From positions 26,598,001-26,662,000 of the forward strand of contig NC_042998.1 in NCBI RefSeq assembly GCF_006345805.1: 64,000 nucleotides of DNA, written 5' to 3'. Under the pieces are notes generated by a model. That model had not been told where the DNA came from, searched no databases, and was given only the letters and a program-made list of their open reading frames with translations. This document shows, in pieces, positions 49,283 through 60,755 of the stretch. Position numbers and translations under genes: made by a program. Numbering within the stretch: position 1 is the first letter of the stretch; each line of letters starts with the position of its first letter. Source of the DNA: Octopus sinensis (Eukaryota).

Positions 49283-49745
49283 ATCATCATCGTTTAACGT
49301 CCGTTTTCCATGCTAGCATGGGTTGGACAGTTTGACCGGGGTCTGGGAAGCCAGGAGGCTGCACCAAGCTCCAGTCTGATCTGGTAGCGTTTCTACAGCT
49401 GGATGCCCTTCCTAATGCCAACCACTCCATAAGTGTAGTGGGTGCTTTTTACATACCACCGGCACAGGTGCCTGGGGAGGCTGGCAACGGTCACGATCAG
49501 TTGGTGCTTTTTACATGCCACCAGCACAGGTGCCAGGGGAGGCTGGCAACGGCCACGATCAGTTGGTGCTCTTTACGTGCCACCGGCACGGAAGCCAGTC
49601 AAGGTGGTGCTGGCATCGACCACGTACGGATGGTGCTTTTTACGTACCACCAGCACAGGTGCCAGGGGAGGCTATCAACGGCCACGATCGGTGGTTTTTG
49701 CATGCCACCGACACGGAAGCCAGTCAAGGCAGCGCTGGCATCGGC
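49283..49745 (-). mobile_element. SINE family C with five roughly 60-bp tandem units
   Basis: Units GGTGCTTTTTAC(A/G)T(A/G)CCACC(G/A)GCAC... start at about 49442, 49503, 49566, 49632 and 49691. Confidence 0.85.
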
Positions 49746-50785
49746 CAGATGGAAACTGAAAGCCCATTGTATATATGTGTGTTCTTTTGTCCCTGATAAC
49801 TCAGACCAACAAAATAAGTACTAGGCTTTAAAAAAATACATTCTAGGATCAACTCATTCAATGAAACGTTCTTCAAGGCAGTGCCCCAGCATGGCCACAG
49901 TTTAATATTTGAAACAAGTAAAAGATAAAAGATACTGAGACAGAATAAATATAGATATTCATAGAGAATATTGTTTCCTGCTGACACATTACAAGAAAGG
50001 CAAATACGTTAAGAAGAAGAAGAACATAGAAAGCTGAAACATTTCTCCATTTCCAAAATTAACAGAGACTACATTAATCCAGAATATTGAAGCTATGTGG
50101 GTGAAGGGGCTGCCCCCTATAAGATTTGCAGGCTTTAAGATTGATGAGACTGATGTGGTTTATAGCAAGAGGTCAATGATTGTCATAAAACATGGGCAGG
50201 AAAAAAATTATTCAGAGGAATGGCATTTGGGGGCCACAAGAACTGAGAAAAATTATGTGTTGAAACTGGTGACAGAATAATCTAGATGATGGGCAAAGGG
50301 CAGACACAGGTGGTGGGTCAGCTCGAATGGAGATAGTATGAAACTAGCTTACTTTAGAAGAGCAGAGGCTGTTGCAGAAGTGGTACAATGAGCAGAGTGA
50401 GTGGGCAATATGCAGATGAAGGATAATGTGTAGATTGTTGTGATTAAGTTTTTGGCATTCAGTTAGAATGATTTATTTTGAAATGGTTTAGGATGCTTGT
50501 GTGTGGAACAGAACCACCATCATTGTGGATGTTACATATTCTCTTACTCTAGGAGAAATTAACAGCACTAAATTCATTCTAAAATTTTGTATGTGAATTC
50601 TTTAAAACCAAGATGGTATTAACAAGTAAAGCTTTAATATTTAAGAACATTTTTAAACTGAAGTTTTTCAAGCTTCAACTTATATTTTTGCTTGAAAACA
50701 CAAGTTTTTCAGTTACCTCATACTTAATATAACTCTCACCGACATAACTTGGGAAAACCTACACACACATAAATACATACAAACT

Positions 50786-50833
<48 letters not shown>

Positions 50834-50921
50834 TAATCCAAACAAGAAAGCACAAAAAAACAAAACAACGCGAGGACGTGGAACAAATATAGTATTATTG
50901 GACGCTCAGGAAAGAAGGAGG

Positions 50922-50956
50922 GTTTAACGTTTCGAGCGAAGCTCTTCGTCGGAAAC
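50922..50956 (-). ncRNA. Minimal type-I hammerhead-like motif in a short Penelope-like repeat (about 50826-51028)
   Basis: Minus strand GTTT-CCGACGA-A-GAGC(TTC)GCTC-GAAAC-GTT-AAAC. All stems pair, stem III is the palindrome ACGT, and U4 is changed to C. Confidence 0.65.
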
Positions 50957-51039
50957 ATAGGAGAAGGAAAGATCCAGAGAAGGGAAGACAGAGGAAAAAA
51001 AATCGCCAATGGTACACACGAGGTCACATATATATAATG

Positions 51040-51420
51040 ATCTTAACATTAGTTTCAGAATTCATCCAAGGTTAGGACCACTTACCATACACCCCCTACC
51101 CAATTCAGGATCACAACATGTAAAACCACTGCAAAACAATATCTTTTCCCCAACAAGCCCTGCCCTGTTTAACATTGTTCCAAAACAAATCAAAGAGGAA
51201 AAAGACCTTGTCACCTTTAAACGGAATCTGGACAAATTTCTTTGAGGGATACCAGACAAGCCACCTAAACCTGGATACAACTCCCTCAACAAGAACTCCC
51301 TACTCATATGGGCCATGATACCACAAAACTTGACTTAAAAAGGTTTTAAAAAATCCTATCAGATGGTGCTATTATGTTAGACATGGCCTTGGTCAATTTT
51401 TGGTTGAGACATATCTAAGT
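51040..51420 (+). mobile_element. 3' end of a second CR1-group LINE subfamily
   Basis: FRIHPRLGP..SPALFNIVPKQIK..FKRNLDKFL parallels the ORF2 C-terminus at 23650-23960. It shares the 3' UTR motif GGTGCTATT..GTTAGACATGGCC. Confidence 0.85.
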
Positions 51421-53413
51421 TATACATGTTATAAACTTCACTCCGTTGGTCACGAATGGCCATGGGTGCACCTGAGAGGTTCCCCTCTGGGGTACAAGTC
51501 CGGGTAGAAAGTCACCTCGCCAGCGAATGCACAACCTAGGGTTGCTTTTATAGAAGACAAGCAGTCACCCATGCATATCAGCCTCCCCTCTCCATGCCAC
51601 CAACATTATCCAAGGGAAATGCAAAGGGGCTGATACAGCTGAGTGAACTGGAGTCGCGTGAAATTAAGTGTCTTGCTCAAGAACACAACATACAGCCCGG
51701 TCCAGGAATCAAACTCACAACCTCACGATTGTAAGCTTGATGCTCTAACCACTGAGCCAAGTGCCTACACCATACATGTGATAACGAGATGCTTTACAGT
51801 GAAAACAAGTGCTTCATCGATTTAGTTGTTACATCAAAAAGATTCACAGATCAAGGTGTAAGCTGGAGACACAGCTTAGGCCAGTGTTTCTCAACCATGA
51901 TTCCAGTTTTACTCAAGTGGGCCCTCATATATTATATTTTTGTAATTAAATATCCTTTTCTACTCTAGGCTCAAGGCCTGAAATTTCGGGGAAGGGGTCC
52001 AGTCGATTAGATCAACCCCAGTATGCAACTGGTACTTAGTTTATCGACCCCAAAGGGATGAAAGGCAAAGTTGACCTCGGCGGAATTTGAACTCAGAACG
52101 TAAAGACAGATTAAATACCTTTTAGCATTTCACCTGGCGTGCTGACGATCCTGCCAGCTCACTGCCTTTTTTGTAATTAAATATTATTAGGAATCGTATA
52201 AAGCTTCGTTAAAATATTTTTGTGCATTATAAAATTAAAACCAATTTATTGCACATAAATTTAACAAAATCTTATATGGACCCCACCAACAGTCATTATG
52301 GACCCTACAGGGGTCATATGCACTCCTCGCCCCCAAGGTCATACAGACCACATTAAACTGTAACCACTACATTATATTTTGTATGTGTGTGTATGAGTGT
52401 GTGTGTGTGTGCATTAACTTATTTACTGTCTCAACAGTGGTTCGACTAAAGTCTTAAATTTAGTATAAATTAACCATTTCAGAAAATTAAAGATAATTGT
52501 TTATAAGTTTTCTATTTCTATAATTTGCCTCTAAATTAGCACAATCATTATTCCAGAGCAATCAGTTTACAATAAAATATTCCCAATGCTTTTATAACTA
52601 TTAAAAGCTATAATAATTTGTCACTGTTCTTTAAGAGATAGTTTTGTTATTAGTCTGAGAGGAAAGACTTACTACAATGAAAAATTACTAGACTAGACAG
52701 CAACCTCATTCCACTGTAATTTTGTAGCTTTTAGTTAAATCTGTTTCTCAGACGAGCAAGAAGTAATAAAAGATAAAAAGCAAACCAGCATTACTCTTCT
52801 TCTTCTTCTCATTTTGCTTTCATTCCATATGTGTTAGCAATGTAATTCAAGTGGCAAATAACTAAACTCAGTCAAGAAGAATATTTTCATATATTTCCAT
52901 TGTTTGTTATTGTTGTTTGTTTGTTTGGGTGGTTTTTTTTTTCCTTTCTTTCTTTTAGAAAAATATAACCGTTAACGTAGAATACATTTTATTAACAACG
53001 TGTAACAAAACAAAAAAAAAAATATCAAAACTAAGACTTAACAATTTTTTTACATTTATTTACTTTTTCCTCATCCTTTTTTCTTAAAACTCAATATTAC
53101 TGAAGGCCGGAGGAGAGTTTCACTGGAACTTAGAAAATATTTTATAACTATTTCCACATAATATATATATATATGTGTGTGTGTGTTATAAAGTGTTTCC
53201 TTTTTGACTGATTTATGTCTTTATTCATCTTTTTGTGCCCTAACTCTATCTTACGTTAATCTATTGTGTATAACAAATATAATCGTTTTATACTTGCTTT
53301 GTTGAAAACAATTTTTTTTTTCCTATTTTAACAAACACTTCATACATTTTTTTTACAGGAGTTGCTTCATATATATAAATATACACATGTATATATGCAT
53401 ATACATTCATTTT

Positions 53414-53444
<31 letters not shown>

Positions 53445-53832
53445 TATATATATAATATATATATATATATATAATAGTATATTTCATTGTATATCATGAA
53501 ACTGTTTGCTGTTTCCTATGTCATTAGATGTTCTGAAAGTATCTTTCAAACAATATAGATTGTAGGTTTCATATGCATTCCATTGTTTTATAGAATTTGG
53601 GAAATTTTCCTTCAGTCATTTCTCACACTTTGAGGTATGAAAACTTGACCACGTCTTTCCTTCTGTTTCTCTTTTAATTGCTCTCAGTTTATTTTTTTTA
53701 TACTTTACGGTTTGTAAGATTGCATAAAAATGAAACTTAGAATTTCTAACCTATGTTTATTGATTTGTATATGAAAAGCATATACATTATATATATATAT
53801 ATATATATATATATGCAGGCGTGGCTATGTAG

Positions 53833-55010
53833 GCACAGGAGTGGCTGTGTGGTAAAAAGCTTGTTTCTCAACCGCATGGTTCCAGGTTCAGTCCTACTGT
53901 GTGGCACTTTGGGCAAGTGCCTTCTACTATAGCCTCGGGTTGACCAAAGCCTTGTGAGTGGATTTGATACATGGAAACTGAGAGAAGCCTGTCATATATA
54001 TATATATATACATGGGTGTGTGTGTGTGTTTGTCCCCCACCATCGCTTGACAACTGCTGTTGCTGTGTTTACGTTCCCGTCACTTAGCAGTTTGGCAAAA
54101 TAGTAACCGATAGAATAAATACTAGGCTTACAAAGAATAAGTTCTGGGGTCAATTTGTTCAATTAAAGTTGGTGCTCCAGCATGGCCACAGTCAAATGAC
54201 TGAAGCAAGTAAAAGAATAAAAGAATATATATAGTCATAATGAGGATATTCAAACCTCTTATAGGGATATCTATCCAAGATACACTGGTTTAATATATAT
54301 AATATTTTGAAGAGATATTTCTTCAATGAAGATATTATATAGAATATCATAAAATATCAGACAATTTTATTGAGTAAGAAAACAGAGAAATCTAATGGAT
54401 ACATGTGACACACATGTATACATGCATAGTAAACATGTTTATCTATTCTGTATATTCCAAAAGCATCCTAATATAATCCTTATTGTCCTCTGCACACCCT
54501 TTTGATCTTCCTTACAAGGTATTTAAAATGCAAAATCATATATTTATATTATATGTTTTGTAATTCTAATTTTGTTTGTGAAATGAAACAATTGTTGGTG
54601 AATATGTTGATTAATTCATAAATTAATCTGTGGAGTGGCTGTATGGTAAGTAGCTTGCTTACCAACCACATGTTTCTGGGTTCAGTCCCACTGCATGGCA
54701 CCTTGGGCAAGTGTCTTCTACTACAGCCTCAAGCCGATCAAAGCCTTGTGAGTGGATTTGGTAGATGGAAACTGAAAGAAGCCTGTTGTATATATATATA
54801 CATATGTATGTGTGTGTCTGTGCCCCCCCCCTAACATTGCTTGACAACCAATGCTGGTGTGTTTACATCCCCATAACTTAGCGGTTCGCCAAAAGATACC
54901 GATAGAATAAGTACTAGGCTTACAAAGGATAAGTCCTGGGGTTGATTTGCTCGACTGAAGGCGGTGCTCCAGCATGGCCACAGTCAAATGACTGAAACAA
55001 GTAAAAGAGT
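53833..55010 (+). mobile_element. Two SINE family A copies (about 53833-54225 and 54630-55010)
   Basis: Full head-microsatellite-tail structure in both. Confidence 0.85.
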
Positions 55011-55193
55011 AATGTATATATATATATACACACACACACACATATATTCATTCTCTTTTACTTATTTTATTCATAGATATCATCATCATCATCATCGTTT
55101 AGCATTGATGATGATGATGATGATATCTATGAATAAAATAAGTAAAAGAGAATGAATATATATGTGTGTGTATATATATATATATATACATTA
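55010..55193. repeat. Near-perfect palindrome (about 87-bp arms, 10-nt loop)
   Basis: 55010-55096 pairs with 55107-55193. The loop is GTTTAGCATT. Confidence 0.9.
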
Positions 55194-55429
55194 TATATTT
55201 CATAAATATATATTTTTAATCTTTTTCTTCTTTCAGTCATTAGACTGTGGCCATACAGGGACAGTGCCTTGAAGAATTTTTAGTCAAATCAATTGATCCC
55301 AGAACCTTTTTTTTTTCAGCCTTGTAAAACATCCTATTGGTGTCTTTTACCAAACCTTTATGTTATATAGATATAAACACACCAACCCCAGTTGTCAAGC
55401 AGTGATGGGGGACAAACATAGACACACAT

Positions 55430-55508
55430 ATGATGAGCGTAAGGTTATATAATCGGATTGTTAGCTAACACTCCATTGTATTCCTTGCACGAAACCGATT
55501 GGTCAGAC
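55430..55508 (+). ncRNA. Hammerhead-like relic with long stem II
   Basis: ATGATGA-GCGTAAGG...CCTTGCAC-GAAA-CC(GATT)GG-T-C-AGAC with a GUC triplet. C3 and the 5' strand of stem I are lost at the SINE junction. Confidence 0.55.
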
Positions 55509-55657
55509 CAGCCATGATGGATTATAATACAATATATTTCAGATAATATACCCACTCTATTGACAGATATATGAGTGCATCTTTTCCTTTACTTATGGAC
55601 TCTTAGACGACTTATGTATGTGTATATATATATGTATATATATATATATATATATAT

Positions 55658-55960
55658 AAATTTTAAAAAACCCACCTTTTATCAATTCAAAATGAACAAT
55701 TAAATTACAGCATCTAGAAAATTACATATAATAGAAATATTAAAATTAAAACAACAATAAAATACCGATGATTAAGTAAATTGCAAAAATTAATAAAAAC
55801 GTATATATGTTTTTATTATTTTTTTGCAATTTATTTAATCATCGGTATTTTATTGTTATTTTAATTTTAATATTTCTATTATATGTAATTTTCTAGATGG
55901 TGTAACTTAATTGTTCATTTTGAATTGATAAAAGGTGGGGGGTTTTCTAATTTTTATATA
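55658..55960. repeat. AT-rich palindrome (about 145-bp arms, no spacer)
   Basis: Centre at 55804/55805. CCCACCTTTTATCAATTC...GAATTGATAAAAGGTGGG. Confidence 0.9.
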
Positions 55961-56052
55961 TATATATTATATTGTGTGAAATTTGATTTAGTAATTCTAA
56001 ATTGAATTTTTTTTGCCTCTAAGTTAGGATTAATATTCCCTCAAATAATTAT

Positions 56053-56089
<37 letters not shown>

Positions 56090-56747
56090 ATATATATATA
56101 TACACATATATATACGATGGGCTTCTTTCAATTTCCAGCTACCAAATCCACTCACAAGGCTTTGACTGGCCTGAGGCAATAGTAGAAGATACTTGCCCAA
56201 GATTCCATGCAGGGTCATGTGTTAAGCTTCTTACCACACAACTGCAAAATATGAAAGGTTCTGTTTTTGTAACAAATCTCAGTGCTTCCACTAATATTAA
56301 GGACAAAGTGAGAACCACCAGGAAACATATTCTACAAAGATTCTTGGATGCAGTTATTTAGAAAGAATAAAAAGAGAGATATTGATTTGTTAGTGCTAAA
56401 AGAATTTAACAAAATATGCTAAATGCTATTTACAACAGTGCAAACATTCTAACAAACCATGGAATCAACATCTATAGAACTTCTGTAGCTCCAGATTTCT
56501 TCAGAACATGAAATGATAGGCCTTATGAATCTTATTGCTAAAAATTTACAGAAAGGTTTCAGATACAGATTACAAAGTTGCTGAGATAAGATTATCATTT
56601 CATCAAGAAAAAGAACCAATGAAGAAGGCTGAATAGTGCAGCTTAACCCAAGTGTTGACCTGCTAAAATTGCAGCCAAATCTCCTTCAAATCACACTCTA
56701 CTGTCTTAGAAAGAAAAGGAAGAACACATTGGCTAATATAGTACTAC

Positions 56748-57095
56748 ATCATCATCATCATCGTTTAACGTCCACTTTCCATGCTAGCATGGGTTGGACG
56801 AATGACTGAGGGCTGGCTAACCAGATGGCTGCACCAGGCTCCAATCTGATCTGGCAGAGTTTCTACAGCTGGATGCCCTTCCTAATGCCGACCACTCCGA
56901 GAGTGTAGTGAGTGCTTTTACATGCCACTGGCATGGGGCCAGTCAGGTGGTACTGGCAATGACCTCGCTCAAATCTTTTACACATGCCACCGGCACAGGT
57001 GCCAGTAAGGCAACGCTGGTAACGATCACGCTTGAATGGTGTCTTTTACGTGCCACCAGCATGGAGGCCAGATAGCCGCTCTGGCAATGATCACG
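56748..57095 (-). mobile_element. SINE family C
   Basis: Family C terminal block plus about 3 tandem units. Confidence 0.8.
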
Positions 57096-57499
57096 TACAT
57101 AAAAAACAAGATGGTCACAGCTGGAACATATTAAATTACTGACCTCCTCAATCAGGGCTGACCTGGGGCTATACAACATTACTAACCTAACCCATTGAGG
57201 TAAAATCTTTGTAGTCATTCGACCACTTAGAAATAGCTGCCAAAATTCACATTCAAACATTTTAGAAAGTTAAGTGCATGTTGGATGATATAGTTAGAAA
57301 TATACAAAAACATGTGACAGTTACAACTGCAATACCTTTGAACATAGGGTCAACCAAGGAAGACCATCGGCTAAACAATACCAACATCTTGAAAACATCA
57401 ATGAAACAGTTATTAGAGCTCAAAAAAGATGTATGCCTATGGTTTATTGGCCAAGTAAGACTTGAAGATGAGATATTTACAGAAAGTATCCAAGGGTAC

Positions 57500-57890
57500 T
57501 AGGCATAGGAGGGGCTGTGTGGTAAGTAGCTTGCTTATGGACCACATGGTTCCGGGTTCAGTCCCACTGCGTGGCACCTTGGGCAAGTGTCTTCTACTAT
57601 AGCCTCAGTCCGACCAAAGCCTTGTGAGTGGATTTGGTAGACGGAAACTGAAAGAAGCCCGTCGTATATATGTATATATACATATGTATGTGTTTGTGTG
57701 TCTGTGTTTGTACCCCCCTCTTCCACCGATGCTGGTGTGTTTACGTCCCCGTAACTTAGCGGCCCGGCAAAAGAGACCGATAGAATATGTACTAGGCTAA
57801 CAATGAATAAGTTCTGGGGTCGATTTGCTCAACTAAAGACAGTGCTCCAGGATGGCCACAGTCAAATGACTGAAACAAGTAAAAGAGTAA
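57500..57890 (+). mobile_element. SINE family A
   Basis: Full structure. Confidence 0.85.
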
Positions 57891-58138
57891 GGATAATTAA
57901 AGAACTTGTATTAAGAATAAAGTGAAATGATAAAAGTGAACAATGTGATCATTAAATAACAGGGAAAAAAGGACATGGGAGTACAGCAGGTAGTTTCAGT
58001 GAAAACTTTTTGAGTGTAATTGAAGGTTTTGCTGGGGCAATATATCTTCTGGTGGCAATGGCATCAACATCCCATATTGTACAGATTACAGTAATCTCTT
58101 GCCATATCACAGTTCACCTATTGTGGTTTATTATATAA

Positions 58139-58357
58139 CCCTTTAGTGTTCAGATTATTCTATCAAACATAATGCTTATTGATTCACATTGATTTGAATT
58201 AATCATGCATTATCCCATATCTTCAAGATCTTGATGGTGTAATTACTTAATGTAGAATAACATTGTAGGGTAGGTGTGAGAGCCTGGATCTGGTTAGTTT
58301 GAACATAAAACAGATTAAATATTTTGGCCAGATGTGGCCGGTTCAAATACTAAAGGG
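58139..58357. mobile_element. piggyBac-type MITE
   Basis: CCCTTTAG...CTAAAGGG termini with ATAA/TTAA flanks. Paralog of 6430-6631. Confidence 0.75.
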
Positions 58358-58867
58358 TTAAGCTTATGTCGATTCCTCTGTGGTATTGTTTTGCATTTAT
58401 GATAAAATAAATATGTACAAATTATAAAAATAATAAAATAAAATATACACAGCACTGTTTCTACTTCGTGCATTTTCACCCACCCCGGGGCATTTTGGAA
58501 CGTAACACCTGGGATAGTCGAGTGATTGCTGTATATCATTCCCACAGTAGAAGAATAAAGTAAAGTCTTACAATCCCTATTGAATATCCAAGTATATAGA
58601 ATGAGAATGTATGTTTATTTCTAAACACTAAGATCATAGAAATAGCTATGAAGCAATAGAATGATATAACAATACAAAACAAACCGAAATTGAATGGTAT
58701 TAGAGAGGGGTTGGTCTGGAGAATTAAAAATCAGGAGATGATAAAATCACATTGAAAGACAAAGGATTGGAAGAATTAGTAAGACACAAGACAAAATATC
58801 TGTGATTGCAATGCTATTATCAGTCTGAATATGCTTGGTGCATTTTCAAATTTATCAAAAGTGAGAT

Positions 58868-59280
58868 ATCATCATCATCATCATCGTTTAACATCCGCTT
58901 TCCATGCTAGGATGGGTTGGATGATTTGACTGAGGGCTGGCAAACCGGATGGCTGCACCAGGCACCAGTCTTGATCTGGCAGAGTTTCTACAGCTGGATG
59001 CCCTTCCTAATGCCAACCACTCCGAGAGTGTAGTGGGTGTTTTTCGTGCCACCAGCACAGGGGCCAGTCAGGTGGTACTGGTAACAACCTCACTCAAATC
59101 TTTTTACACATGCCACCGGCACAGGTGCCAGTAAGGCGATACTGGTAACGATCACGCTCAAATGGTGCCCTTTTATGTGCCACCGGCACGGAAGCCAGTC
59201 AGCCGCTTTGGCAACAATCATGCTTGGATGGTGTTCTTGGCACCCTACTAGCATGAGGCTCAAGTGCCAGTAAGGCGAGG
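58868..59280 (-). mobile_element. SINE family C
   Basis: Family C terminal block plus tandem units. Confidence 0.8.
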
Positions 59281-59291
59281 CTGGTTCTCCA

Positions 59292-59744
59292 TGACAAAAC
59301 ACAGTATGTAGCCTGTTGCCCAATTCGAACATGCATCAAGCATATTCGGAGGGCTAATAACATTGCAATTTCACTTATCATTGCTTAGTGCTCCCCCTCC
59401 ATAATTTACTTATTGCGAGCCGTCGTATGGTGCTGCCAGTCACTGCATGGTGACTGGAAAAGCACAAGAGAGGTAATCTCTTAATTCAGCTCATAGTGTC
59501 ATCTGCTTAGTATCTGTGAACGATGAGGAGATAACTACTCTGAAATGCAAGCATCTCACAGTCTAGGTAGGTGGTGCTGTGAGCTGATCTCGGTGCATAC
59601 ACACCATTTGTCAACAAGTGAGATATATTCTCTGTGACAAAACGCAGTGAGTGGCTCGTTCCCCAATTCGAACATGAATCCAGCATATTCAGGCTGGTGA
59701 ATAACATTGCCATTTCACTTATCACTGCTTAGTGCTCCCCCTCC
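59292..59744 (+). mobile_element. Retrozyme-like unit: about 110-bp direct repeats 343 bp apart, enclosing a rod-like hammerhead domain
   Basis: 59292-59400 resembles 59635-59744. A hammerhead-like motif lies at 59514-59561, and a 25-bp stem pairs 59486-59510 with 59563-59587. Confidence 0.6.
59514..59561 (+). ncRNA. Type-I hammerhead-like motif (core variant)
   Basis: CTGTGA-ACGATGA-GGAG(N7)CTCT-GAAA-TGC(AA)GCA-T-C-TCACAG. Stem I is 6 bp and the triplet is AUC. Core positions 3-4 deviate from consensus. Confidence 0.65.
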
Positions 59745-60449
59745 GTAAAATATCTGTGATATTTATTAATAGCCTGAGTTTCAAACATGCCAGTGTTAAC
59801 TTTGCTGTTCATCGACAACCAGGGTCCATATGACTTTTGGGGGTCCACAGAAGATTTTGCTATCAAAATTTATCTGCAACACTTTTACAATAAACAAAAT
59901 GTTATAACAGTTTTTTATACAATTCCTAATAATATCTCCATATAAATATATAAGGTTTTTGAACATCAGATGGCTATGAGGACCAAAATAAAAGCAAATA
60001 AGGTAAATTCAAATTAATATTCCAAAGTTTGGTTCCTTGTCTTTGACACGAACGCAGGTGTAGCATGTGGAACATGAATAATTGGAAAACAAACAGAAAA
60101 TCACTGTTGGGCCACTAGAGCATGATAATTGGGGAGTGGGAAAAGAATACCTTGGACTACAAGAGTAATGAGTGAAAGTGTGTTGTATTAGATGAAGTTA
60201 GAAAGACTTAATGGAAAAAAAATGAAACCACAATCTACTTTCAGTTAAGATCTCTGGAAAAGACATCAGTTTGGAAGACCTTGTAATATCTAGGAAATTC
60301 AAAGTGAAAAGACTGAAGAGAAGCAGGATTTAGCATAGAATTTTTGATGGTTTTATTGAAGGGAGAAAAAAAAAAGGAACTTAGGAATGTTTTTTTTTGT
60401 TACTAGGAACTTCAAAAATAGCTGGTACATGCCAATTAATAATTATGGC

Positions 60450-60755
60450 TCGGGCGTGGCTGTGTGGTAAGAAGCTTGCTTCCCAACCATATGGTTTCAG
60501 GTTCAGTCCCACTGCAAAGCACCTTGGGCGAGTGTCTTCTAGGGGCTGACTAAAGCCCTGTGAGTGGATTTAGTAGAGGGAAACTGGTGTGTTTATATCC
60601 CTATAACTTAGCAGTTCAGCAAAAGAGACCAAAATAATAAGTACAAGACTTAAAAAAAAAAAGTATAAGGGTCGATTCATTCAACTAAAAATTCTTCAAA
60701 ATGGTGCCCCAGCATGACCGCAATCTAATGACTTAAACAAGTAAAAGATAAAAGA
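60450..60755 (+). mobile_element. SINE family A with internal deletion
   Basis: Head and tail are present. The central microsatellite block is missing. Confidence 0.75.

Noticed and set aside
49438-49745. Regularly spaced repeats resembling a CRISPR array
   Set aside because: Whole units are similar to each other (no unique spacers), the context is a eukaryotic SINE, and there are no cas genes.
50050-50520. Possible very old LINE 3' fragment on the minus strand
   Set aside because: Only faint residual similarity, with no clean motif to support a call.
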